A stretch of 64,000 nucleotides of DNA from Octopus sinensis (Eukaryota), in assembly GCF_006345805.1 (NCBI RefSeq), contig NC_042997.1, forward strand, positions 21,080,001-21,144,000. The letters are read 5' to 3'. Below the pieces are notes generated by a model. It made no database searches. It was not told the DNA's origin and saw only the letters and a program-made list of their open reading frames with translations. Of this stretch, positions 1-10,900 are shown piece after piece. Position numbers and translations under genes: made by a program. The first letter of the stretch is position 1. Every line of letters begins with the position of its first letter.

Positions 1-498
1 AGGTTGTCTATTTCTGCTGTACAATGGACCCATCAATACTGGTAATTCTACTATTAGAACTATTCCTTTGTGACTCCCAACAGTCTCCATTTGATCTTCT
101 TAAACAATGACCTTAGTGTAGACACAGGTCTGGCAACCAAATCTATCTCCAACACTAGATTAAAGATATAATATTATTATTGATTTCACATAAATCTTAG
201 TATTACAACACTTTTTATTTGCTGAAATTCTTGAACAACAAGATTCATCCAGTATATACTTCTATAACAAAGGATATCTTAGAAACTGAGTTGATTATCT
301 GAAAGCAACTGATATCTTTAACCCGAAGCTATCAACTACAGGCCAAATTTGGTTCCTTAATAATCTGATATAAAATGTCAGCTTAACTTTTTACACTTTC
401 CAAACCATAAAATAAGTACCAGTGCTACCATGGATGTTAGATGCTGAAAGTGAGAAAAAGACCATGATATTTGAAAGAGAAATCAAAATCAAATTTGA

Positions 499-1043
499 TG
501 ACTGGTATCCGTGGTAGCGGGGTGCAAAGAGCACCATACAAGTGTGATCGTTGACAGAACGGCTAACCGGCTTCTATGCCAGTGGCACATAAAAGGCACC
601 ATTCAAGTGTGATTGTTACCATCGTCGCCTTACTGGCATTTGTGCCCCGTGCTAGTAGGGTGCTAGCATCCGAGCATAATCGTTGCCAGAGCGGCTAACT
701 GGCTTCCATGCCAGTGGCACGTAAAAGACACCATTCGAGCGTGATCATTACCAGTGTTGCCTTACTGGCATCTGTACCAGTGGCATGTGTAAAAAGATTC
801 AAGCAAGGTCATTGCCAGTACCACCTGACTGGCCCCCATGCCAGTGGCATGTAAAAAGGCACCCATTACACTCTCGGAGTGGTTGGCGTTAGGAAGGGCA
901 TCCAGCTGTAGAAACTCTGCCAGATCAAGATTGGAAGCTGGTGCAGCCATCTGGTCCACCAGCCCTCAGTCAAATTGTCCAACTGATGCTAGCATGGAAA
1001 GCGGATGTTAAACGATGATGATGATGATGATGATGATGATGAT
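499..1043 (+). mobile_element. SINE family B (GAT-tailed), 5'-truncated, with internal ~135 bp direct repeats
   Basis: Ends in ...GCGGATGTTAAAC(GAT)n at 1015-1043. The motif TGCCAGTGGCAYRTAAAAGRCACC recurs at about 577, 709, 776 (degenerate) and 837. The 3' part matches reverse-oriented copies at 3474, 7799 and 21538. Confidence 0.8.
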
Positions 1044-2828
1044 ATGTCACAGAAAGATATTTCACATTCCATGTACAGAACATAAAATTAATGGAAATAT
1101 TAGAGAAAGAGTTCTTGAGAAAACTGTGAACCACAAAACTCTTGTGTTAATAATAAAAATATAGAAAATTATATTGTTTGATCATGGAACATGTCATCAT
1201 AACACTATTGAACAATTCTCTGGAAAAGAATAAGAAAACCATGTAGAGTATGGTTGAGTATTATCAAGGAATGGACAAGATGTAAGATAGGGGAAAATTT
1301 AAAGGGAGCTGATGGAAGGAATTTGAGTGTCTTGATGTGTACTTATATCCTCCCTAGGTTAAGGATTTTAACTCATTAGTATTTTAATATAAGTGATTTA
1401 TATTTTATTAGAATATTGATACAAGTGGTAGAGATTGAAACTGTAGCTGCCTGTTTTAGTCAGTACACTTGAATTAATGGTGGAGTTCTACTGGTCACTC
1501 ATCCTCTGAGGAATAACAGCCAAATTTTCAGATAACACTTTCTTATCTGAAAAATGGAAAATATATTAGATAATATATTCCAAGGCATACAGTGCCTAAA
1601 AAAATTACAGAAAGGGTATTCCTGGAATGCCATCAACCTTAGAATTTTGGGGACTAAATACCATCAATTACATCAACTAGAAATAAAATCTATTATTACA
1701 ACTGTCACATCAAAGGCTAGATCACTAGATTTTGTAGTGAAGTATTTATGGTAATAACTCTTCTGATGATTCTCTGAATAAAATTAGGTCTCTCAAGTTA
1801 AACAATTGTTTTTTTCCCCTCAAACTATAAAGAAATCCTATAAGAAGTGTTGGACATCTCAAAGTGCTGCAAAGAAACTTGTTGAACTTTTATAGTTCTG
1901 TAGTTATGAGTTATCATATTGAAACGGTCTGGAAGAAATTCAAATGAACGATAAAATTGTTCAATAACAGGAGCTCTGAGTGATTTATTGCAACATTTGT
2001 CTCTTAATAAATTCTTGTCCAGAGACTTGCAGCTGACACCACCAACAGAATGACAGCCTACTGGCAAAAAATGTAATCAGTTTATATCTTTCTGACACAG
2101 CTGTATTCTATCAATGACCATGATACTTATATATGAAGAAGTAAGTCCAACAAATACAAGAACTCTTCAAATTATTGTGTGGCTACTAGACTGTATAAAT
2201 AAGATCTCTCTATGATAGCCTAATTTTTAATTAGTGGTTCTGCACTGAGTCTAAGATTTAGATCAGTGGTGAGGATCTTTTTTATGTTGGAAGACTGCAT
2301 TGAATTGACAAAATAGGATTTCAAAACATATTGCTACTATTAAACTTATTTTATAAGATATATTTATACATAAAACCATAAATGTTTTTAATGTAATATT
2401 TCTGAATAAGCATTCTTAAGAAAACTTTTTTAAAGTTTTCAAACATTTTAAAAACATTTCAAACATTTCTTTGGAATTATTTTTTAAACATGATTGTAAT
2501 TTCTTTAACAAAGTAACTAAATGTAGGTAAAGAGATATAAATAGATGTTTTTTAAAATTCCCAATGAATTAAAAAGATAGTCTTTAAATAAAATTGAATC
2601 AGCAAAAATATATTCCAGTATAATGATGTCCTTCTTTTAAAAGGTCATAAGTATTCCATCTCGATGATCTAGACCAGGGGTTCTCAACAAAGGTCTGTAT
2701 GACCCCTAGGGGTCCCTATGGCCCTTAGAGATCTATATAAGCTTTTGTTGTTAAACACTTTATGTGTAATAAATTGCTTATGCTTCTACAATAGACAGTA
2801 TCATTTAAAAAAGTTTTTATACAATTTC

Positions 2829-3230
2829 CTCTTTTTACTTGTTTCAGTCATTTGACTGTGGCCATGCTGCAGCACCGCCTTTAGTCAATCAAATTGACCC
2901 CAGGACTTATTCTTTGTTAGCCTAGTACTTATTTTATCGGTCTCTTTTTGCCAAACTGCTAAGTTACGGGGACGTAAACACACCAACATCGGTTGTCAAA
3001 TGATGTTGGGGGACAAGCATAGACACACAAACACACACACATACATACATATATATACATATATACGACGGGCTTCTTTCAGTTTCCGTCTACCAAATCC
3101 ACTCACAAGGCTTTGGTCGGCCCGAAGCTATAGTAGAAGACACTTGCCCAAGGTGCCATGCAGTGGGACTGAACCCAGAACCATGTGGTTGGTAAGCATG
3201 CTACTTACCACACATCCACTCCTACACCTA
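2829..3230 (-). mobile_element. SINE family A (tRNA-derived, internal microsatellite), full length
   Basis: Reverse complement of copies at 33379, 36136 and 55652. Head has A-box-like TGGNTGTGTGG and B-box-like GGTTCAGTCCC; central (CA)(TA) tract; TAAAAGAG-type tail. Confidence 0.9.
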
Positions 3231-3473
3231 TAATATTTAATTATGAAAATATAATAAGATTGTTTTAAACACTGAATGGCAATGAAGGTTCATCTAAGTT
3301 AAAACAGGAACCAAAGGAGTCCATAGGTAAAAATGGTTGAGAATCTCTGCTCTAGACACTCTATCTCTTCTGTGTATATATTCCTTGATATATAAAGTAC
3401 TACAAGCAAATTCTAGCCTCTGATTTGTTGTTATTCTTTTTTCAGTTCAAGTCAGCTCTAATTGAACAAACCT

Positions 3474-3645
3474 ATCATCATCATCATCATCATCGTCGTT
3501 TAGCGTCCGTTTTCCATGCTAGCATGGGTTGGACGGTTCTACTGGGGTCTGTGAAGCCAGAAGGCTTCATCAGGCCCAGTCAAATCTGGCAGTGTTTCTA
3601 CGGCTGGATGCCCTTCCTAATGCCAACCACTCCGTGAGTGTAGTC
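3474..3645 (-). mobile_element. SINE family B 3' fragment
   Basis: (CAT)n followed by CGTTTAGCGTCCGTTTTCCATGCTAGCATGG...GGATGCCCTTCCTAATGCCAACCACTCC, the reverse complement of the 860-1043 end. Confidence 0.8.
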
Positions 3646-4636
3646 GTTGATCATGCATAATCCAATTTTGACTTCCATATCATTTTATACATCTATGACC
3701 ACCTTATCTATCATTTTAAGATGTTAGGCAGTGATTTAAGGGATATTTGGCTGCTATTTTTTTTTAGGTCAAGTGACGTCATAGAGTTTCTCTCCTTGGT
3801 TCTGTAAGTTAACTGGTTAAGAACAATCAGTAGAGTTGATGAATGTTCCATCAACTTGCAATATTGAATTCAATGTTAACCAATGCTATAGTTTGGAAAA
3901 GCGAAGCTAATTCAAATAATTACCCATTAATAGATACATATGATGTAGTAAATTTAATGACTTAACTAGTTATCCTAACTGATTGAGGGAAATAATATTG
4001 ATTGGTAGACAGGTTGATTGATCAATGTTCATATCAAAACCCTTGGATATTTTCCAAACTTTATTTCTCCCACAGACATTTGCAATTAATTATATCGTTG
4101 CTATTCTTGTTTACTTCCAGGTCATCTTGATTAAGCAGTCTTATAATTAATGTTCCCACTATGACCATCCCATTTATTTTCAGGTAATGTAGATAGACTA
4201 TATCATCTATTGTGTCCTTCCTTTTTCAAGATTAGGTGAGGTTGCAATTTCTAGGAAGTCACATGAAGTTCCTTTATTGGCTCATTTAGAAAACTGTTGA
4301 TCTTACTGGTCCAATAAGATTTAATATTAAAGAACAACAGGAAGTGGATATTGATTGAGTAGTTAATGTAGTGGATTGAGCAAGTATCTCAGTCATCATC
4401 ATCCTCATAATCTCACAATACCATCTTCTCACAATAATAAATCTGCTCCATCCATCAAGGCAACCCCAACTGTAATAGTACAGCCAAAAGCATCCAATAC
4501 TCTTTGTAAGTGGTTGATAATTGACTTGAGCAGCAACAACACATGGCTTGAGTGGAGTGCTGTTCAATTTTGCTAATGGTAAGGTAACCTCTACAGTGAT
4601 GGTGCAGCAAAAAAATAAATAAATAAATAAAATACA

Positions 4637-4825
4637 CCCAGTACACTCTGTAAAGTGATTGGTGTTAAGAAGGGTATCAAACTATAGAAATCATACCAAC
4701 AATGAAGCATTCGAGCAAGACGTAGTTCTTCAATTGATTTGATCATGTCGAATCCCCAAACTATACCAGCATGGACAATAGACATAAGATGATGATGATA
4801 ATGATGAGGAGGAGGATGAGGCGGA
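4637..4825 (+). mobile_element. Diverged SINE family B 3' fragment
   Basis: ACACTCTGTAAAGTGATTGGTGTTAAGAAGGGTATC... ending in a GAT/GAG tail; resembles 868-1043. Confidence 0.55.
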
Positions 4826-4850
4826 TATACATAATGGGCTTTCATACAGT

Positions 4851-5088
4851 TTCTTATTTCTTTATTGCCCACAAGGAGCTAAACATAGAGGGGACAAACA
4901 AGGACAGACAAAGGGTTTAAGTCGATTACATTGACCCCAGTGTGTAACTGGTACTTAATTTATTTACCCCGAAAGGATGAAAGGCAAAAGTCGACCTCGG
5001 CGGAATTTGAACTCAGAACGTAACGGCTGATGAAATACTGCTAAGCATTTTGCTCAGCGTGCTAATGTTTCTGCCAGCTTGCCACCTT
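4851..5088 (-). mobile_element. SINE family C (tRNA-derived)
   Basis: Reverse complement of the copy at 34185 (GGCGGTGAGCTGGCAG...GAGTTCAAATTCCGCCGAGGTCGAC...). Confidence 0.85.
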
Positions 5089-5395
5089 ACAATACATGCA
5101 GTTTTCATACAGTTTCTGTTTCTTGAATTACATTCACAAGGGGACTGAACCTAAAACCAAAGGGGACTGAAGCATGCTAACGCACAGCCAAGCCTATGCC
5201 TGATCATTGGTTGGAAATATTTTAAAGTCAATTGATAATGGATTGTAATCTTAAAATGCTACTTCTGTCTCTACATCAGTTCAAAAAGGAAAAAAAAAAA
5301 TTACTCCTTTCCAAACATATGCTTCAACATTTTTTGATACCTATATTTAAGTCTGCAGAAACCTAACTCAAAATTAGCCTGGACGTTTGGCAGTG

Positions 5396-5458
5396 TTATA
5401 AGAATTTGTAGTAAGAATCCAAGCTCACAGAAATGATGGCTACTTCTGATACTGCTGC
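5396..5458 (-). CDS. Candidate terminal exon of an unidentified minus-strand gene (AAVSEVAIISVSLDSYYKFL*)
   Basis: Acceptor TCATTATCACAG; phase 0, matching the upstream candidate exon 6003-6037; TAA at 5396-5398. No homology recognised. Confidence 0.42.
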   Translation of the reverse strand, partial: AAVSEVAIISVSLDSYYKFL

Positions 5459-5584
5459 CTGTGATAATGATGATGATGATGTAGGGAGTATTTTTTTTTA
5501 CATAAGAGACAGCCAAGAATCCAAAACTAAATACTAAATACAACAAATTAGAATATACAGAATTGTTTATATCATATATACATG

Positions 5585-5624
<40 letters not shown>

Positions 5625-6002
5625 TATATATAGAAGCATGCTAGTACAATTGAACACATACATACTTAGTCATACATACCTGTACATATGTCTGTAAGTA
5701 CATCAAGAAAAAAATTAGCAAAGATATTTTGTTATCTCAGATCAGCTTTGTTTCAAATCAAGAACATACATCTATGAAGAAAACAGTTTTCTTATCTTGT
5801 TCCATTTCTAGACTCATATCTGAAGTAAACAAGGCTAAAATAATATTGTCAAAACCTCTTAACAAATAACAAAATATAATGCAAAAATACACTTCTCTAA
5901 ATTGACAAATTGGAAGGGGTTCTTTTTTTTTTATGAAATATATAAATCAACAAAAATAATAATCTATCTACAAGAATAATTCTAGAATATGAGTTTATAT
6001 AC

Positions 6003-6037
6003 CTGATAGCCTGGAGTAGACATTTGTATACATAGAT
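6003..6037 (-). CDS. Candidate internal exon ([D]LCIQMSTPGYQ)
   Basis: ATAATTCACAG | 35 nt | GTATAT; phase 1 to 0, in frame with the flanking candidates. Confidence 0.52.
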
Positions 6038-6119
6038 CTGTGAATTATATGAAAACCATATGGTAAAAAAAAAGCTGCAACCTCAAAAACTCCAGTTAAT
6101 AACAAATATACATTTGCAC

Positions 6120-6150
<31 letters not shown>

Positions 6151-6164
6151 TGTATGTATGTATG

Positions 6165-6195
<31 letters not shown>

Positions 6196-6673
6196 GTATG
6201 TTTGTATGTATGTGTGTATGCATATGTGTGTATGTAAGTATGTATGTATGTATGTATGTATGTTTATATGTATGTATGATACAAAGATACAAAATCTATA
6301 AAGTGGTTCTGAATCAATAAATAAATCAAGTAAAATCTTTTTGTCATTACCTTTCAACCTCCTGCTCTCTTTATCATCTTTTCCTGCCGGCCTGTCTTTT
6401 TATGTATCTGTCTATTTGCCAGTCTGTCTGTCTATCTATCTGTCTACTTCTTTCTTTCTCTCTCATTTTCTTGCTTCTCCCTCCACCTCCAATATTTCAC
6501 TCTTACCATTGCACTTTCTCTACATGATATGCAAAATAAAAATAAATGTATATATCAGAACACAATTTCCTTTAGAGATGATCTCACTTTTGAATATTTG
6601 TGATTCAGTTGTCTCCAGCAGTTAAATTGTTCATTGAATTATTCAAATTGAAATTGTATGAAAGACTCCTCAC

Positions 6674-6733
6674 CGTCACCTCCCTGATCTACCAAATATT
6701 TTTCCAGCATTTTTTGGATATAAACCTTCATGT
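6674..6733 (-). CDS. Candidate internal exon ([N]MKVYIQKMLEKYLVDQGGD)
   Basis: TTCCCCACTATTATAG | 60 nt | GTGAGG; phase 1 to 1; open frame. Confidence 0.55.
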
Positions 6734-6979
6734 CTATAATAGTGGGGAAATGTCTGATATTCTAAAGAAATTTTTAAAAGATAAAAGCCATATGAAAACT
6801 TACATTTTATAAAAATGAAAAAGTAGTCAGGATTTCTATAGGTTATAATATAATAATAAAACACCCAGCACAGTGTGTGTAATGTCTAAGTGATCAGAAT
6901 ATGTATATGGAAATATGCACAGTTTACAATGACCCTTAAGTTGTTGCCATTTATTGTCAGACTAGTCCTGATTGACTAT

Positions 6980-7461
6980 CTTTAACTGGTTTCAGTCATT
7001 AGACTGCAACCAAGCTGGAGCACTATCTTACTTTTACTCTTTTACTTGTTTCAGTTATTTTGACTGTGGCCATGCTGGAGCACCGCCTTTAGTCGAGCAA
7101 ATTGACTCCAGGACTTATTCTTTGTAAGCTTAGTACTTATTCTATCAGTCTCTTTTGCCGAACCGCTAAGTTACGGGGACGTAAACACACCAGCATCAGT
7201 TGTCAAGCGATGTTGGGGGGGACAAACACAGACACAAACATACACACACACGCACACACACACACCACACACACACACACACATATATATATACATATAT
7301 ATGACGGGCTTCTTTCAGCTTCCATCTACCAAATCCACTCACAAGGTTTTAGTCAGCCTGAGGTTATAGTTGAAGACACTTGCGCAAGGTACCATGCAGT
7401 GGGACTTAATCCAGATCCATGTGATTGGGAAGCAAACTTCTTACTACATAAGTACACCTAT
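6980..7461 (-). mobile_element. SINE family A, full length, with a short duplicated tail fragment at 6980-7028
   Basis: Same architecture as 2829-3230. Confidence 0.88.
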
Positions 7462-7798
7462 GACTAGATCTCTATTTTCTTTTTGTGTATCAAGTGGTAC
7501 AAGTGTTTTCCTTTTCTCTAAGCTACACACTGCCTTCTTAAATGGCAGAGTGTAGTTTACAAGAAATTCGGCTTCAAAATTTTTTCTACCTTGAATATAT
7601 GTTTACAAAAAGTAAGTTTTAATTTGATTTAATATGTATTACGAAAAATTTTAACCAGTTTATTTAACTAGGTTTTATTAATATTTTTATGCTAAAGGCC
7701 TTTGCAAAATCATAATAGAGAAATTTGGATTTGAAAATTATATTAAATGATGAATGATAAAACATGTACATGAAATGAGTTTATAGCCTACACTTCAA

Positions 7799-7965
7799 CT
7801 TCATCATCATCATCATATAGTGTCCACTTTCCATGCTGGCATGGATTAAACAATTTGACTGGAACTGGTAGGCTGGAGAGCTGTACCAGATTCCAGTTTG
7901 ATTTGGCTTGGTTTCTTACAGCTGAATGCCCTTCCTAACGCCAATCACTCCAAGAGTGTAGTGGG
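7799..7965 (-). mobile_element. SINE family B 3' fragment running directly into the satellite
   Basis: (CAT)n...CCCTTCCTAACGCCAATCACTCCAAGAGTGTAGTGGGTGC matches the reverse complement of 860-1043; the next SINE-B motif is the first satellite monomer. Confidence 0.85.
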
Positions 7966-10900
7966 TGCTTTTACATGTCACCAGCGTGGGTGCTTTTATG
8001 TGTCACTGGCACAAATGCTTTTTACATGTCACCAGCACGGGTTCCTTTTTACATGTCACCGGCATGGGTGCCTTTTACATGTCACCAGCATGGGTGCCTT
8101 TAAATGTCACCAGCATGGGTACCTTTTATATGTCACCAGCATGGGTGCCTTTTACATGTCACCAGCATGGGTGCCTTTTACATGTCACCAGCATGGGTAC
8201 CTTTCACATGTCACCAGCATGGGTGCCTTTTACATGTCACCAGCATGGGTACCTTTCACATGTCACCAGCATGGGTACCTTTTACATGTCACCAGCATGG
8301 GTGCCTTTTACATGTCACCAGCATGGGTGCCTTTTACATGTCACCAGTATGGGCGCCATTTATATGTCACCAGCATGGGTACCTTTTACATGTCACCAGC
8401 ATGGTTACTTTTTACATGTCACCAGCATGGGTACCTTTCACATGTCACCAGCAAGGGTACCTTTCACATGTCACCAGTATGGGTACCTTTTACATGTCAC
8501 CAGCATGGGTACCTTTCACATGTCACCAGCATGGGTACCTTTTACATGTCACCAGCATGGGTGCCTTTTACATGTCACCAACATGGGTACCATTTACATG
8601 TCTCCAGCATGGGTGCCTTTTACATGTCACCAGCATGGGTGCCTTTTACATGTTACCAGCATGGGTACCTTTTATATGTCACCAGCATGTGTGCCTTTTA
8701 CATGTCACCAGCAAGGGTGCCTTTTACATGTCACCAGTATGGGCTCACCAGCATGGGTACCTTTTACATGTCACCAGCATGGGTGCCTTTTACATGTCAC
8801 CAGCATGGGTACCTTTCACATGTCACCAGCATGGGTGCCTTTTACATGTCACCAGCATGGGTGCCTTTTACATGTCACCAGCATGGGTGCCTTTCACATG
8901 TCACCAGCATGGGTGCCTTTTTACATGGCACCAGCATGGGTTCCTTTTACATGTCACCAGCATGGGTACCTTTTACATGTCACCAGCATAGGTATCTTTT
9001 ACATGTCACCAGCATGGGTTCCTTTTACATGTCACCAGCATGGGTACCTTTTACATGTCACCAGCATGGGTTCCTTTTACATGTCACCAGCATAGGTATC
9101 TTTTACATGTCACCAGCATGGGTACCTTTTACATGTCACCAGCATGGGTACCTTTTACATGTCACCAGCATAGGTATCTTTTACATGTCACCAGCATAGG
9201 TATCTTTTACATGTCACCAGCATGGGTACCTTTTTACATGTCACCAGCATGGGTTCCTTTTACATGTCACCAGCATGGGTGCCTTTCACATGTCACCAGC
9301 ATGGGTTCCTTTCTCATGTCACCAGCATGGGTACCTTTCACATGTCACCAGCAAGGGTGCCTTTTTACATGTCACCAGCATGGGTTCCTTTTACATGTCA
9401 CCAGCATAGGTATCTTTTACATGTCACCAGCATGGGTACCTTTTACATGTCACCAGCATGGGTGCCTTTTACATGTCACCAGCATGGGTTCCTTTTACAT
9501 GTCACCAGCATAGGTATCTTTTACATGTCACCAGCATGGGTACCTTTTACATGTCACCAGCATGTGTGACTTTTACATGTCACCAGCATGGGCGCCTTTT
9601 ACATGTCACCAGCATGGGCGCCATTTATGTCAGCAGAATGGGTACATTTTACATGTCACCAGCATGGGTTCCTTTTACATGTCACCAGCACGGGTACCTT
9701 TTACATGTCACCAGCACGGGTACCTTTTTACATGTCACCAGCATGGGTGCCTTTTACATGTCACCAGCATGGGTGCCTTTTACATGTCACCAGCATGGGT
9801 GCCTTTCACATGTCACCAGCATGGGTGCCTTTTACATGTCTCCAGCAGGGTGCCTTTTACATGTCACCAGCATGGGCGCCATTTATGTCACCAGCATGGG
9901 TACCTTTTACATGTCACCAGCATGGGTGCCTTTTACATGTCACCAGCATGGGAACCTTTTACATGTCACCAGCATGGGTCTTTTACATGTCACCAGCATG
10001 GGTCCTTTTACATGTCACCAGCACGGGTACCTTTTACATGTCACCAGCACGGGTACCTTTTACATGTCACCAGCATGGGTGCCTTTTACATGTCACCAGC
10101 ATGGGTGCTTTTACATGTCACCAGCATGGGTGCCTTTTACATGTCACCAGCATGGGTGCCTTTCACATGTCACCAGCATGGGTACTTTTACATGTCACCA
10201 GCATGGGTATCTTTTACATGTCACCAGCAGGGTGCCTTTTACATGTCACCAGCATGGGTACCTTTTACATGTCACCAGCATGGGTACCTTTTACATGTCA
10301 CCAGCATGGGTGCCTTTTACATGTCACCAGCATGGGTGCCTTTTACATGTCACCAGCATGGGTATCTCTTTCATGTCACCAGCATGAGTTCCTTTTACAT
10401 GTCACCAGCATGGGTTCCTTTTACATGTCACCAGCATGGGTACCTTTTTACATGTCACCAGCATGGGTGCCTGTTACATGTCACCAGCATGGGTGCCTTT
10501 TACAAGTCACCAGCATGGGTGCCTTTCACATGTCACCAGCATGGGTGCCTTTTTACATGTCACCAGCATGGGTTCCTTTTACATGTCACCAGCATGGGTA
10601 CCTTTTACATGTCACCAGCATAGGTATCTTTTACATGTCACCAGCATGGGTTCCTTTTACATGTCACCAGCATGGGTACCATTTTACATGTCACCAGCAT
10701 GGGTTCCTTTTACATGTCACCAGCATAGGTATCTTTTACATGTCACCAGCATGGGTACCTTTTACATGTCACCAGCATGGGTACCTTTTTACATGTCACC
10801 AGCATGGGTTCCTTTTACATGTCACCAGCATGGGTGCATTTTACATGTCACCAGCATGGGTTCCTTCTCATGTCACCAGCATGGGTACCTTTCACATGTC

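Noticed and set aside
2101-2140. Plus-strand mini-exon (CILSMTMILIYEE) with AG and GTAAGT
   Set aside because: Good splice sites but no in-phase partner found; chance occurrence is likely.
1050-2250. Possible ancient retroelement fossil
   Set aside because: Only vague fragments (e.g. AFDVT on the minus strand); no coherent motif series.
4286-4646. Overlapping ORFs on both strands (HHHPHNLTIPSS... and LNSTPLKPCVVAAQ...)
   Set aside because: No convincing acceptor/donor pair or recognisable domain; may be 3' UTR of the minus-strand candidate.
5995-6357. [12 protein letters not shown] and CVCV-type ORFs here and throughout (e.g. 18111-18392, 30288-30521, 34743-35593, 54800-55370, 60538-61676)
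   Set aside because: These are translations of (TA)n, (CA)n and (TATG)n microsatellites.
6003-6733. GGDD across the candidate junction as a polymerase palm motif, and a loose from-memory resemblance of KYL...CxQxxxPGY to FANCB
   Set aside because: A few residues across a hypothetical junction; surrounding motifs, spacing and C-terminal length do not fit. A profile search is needed.
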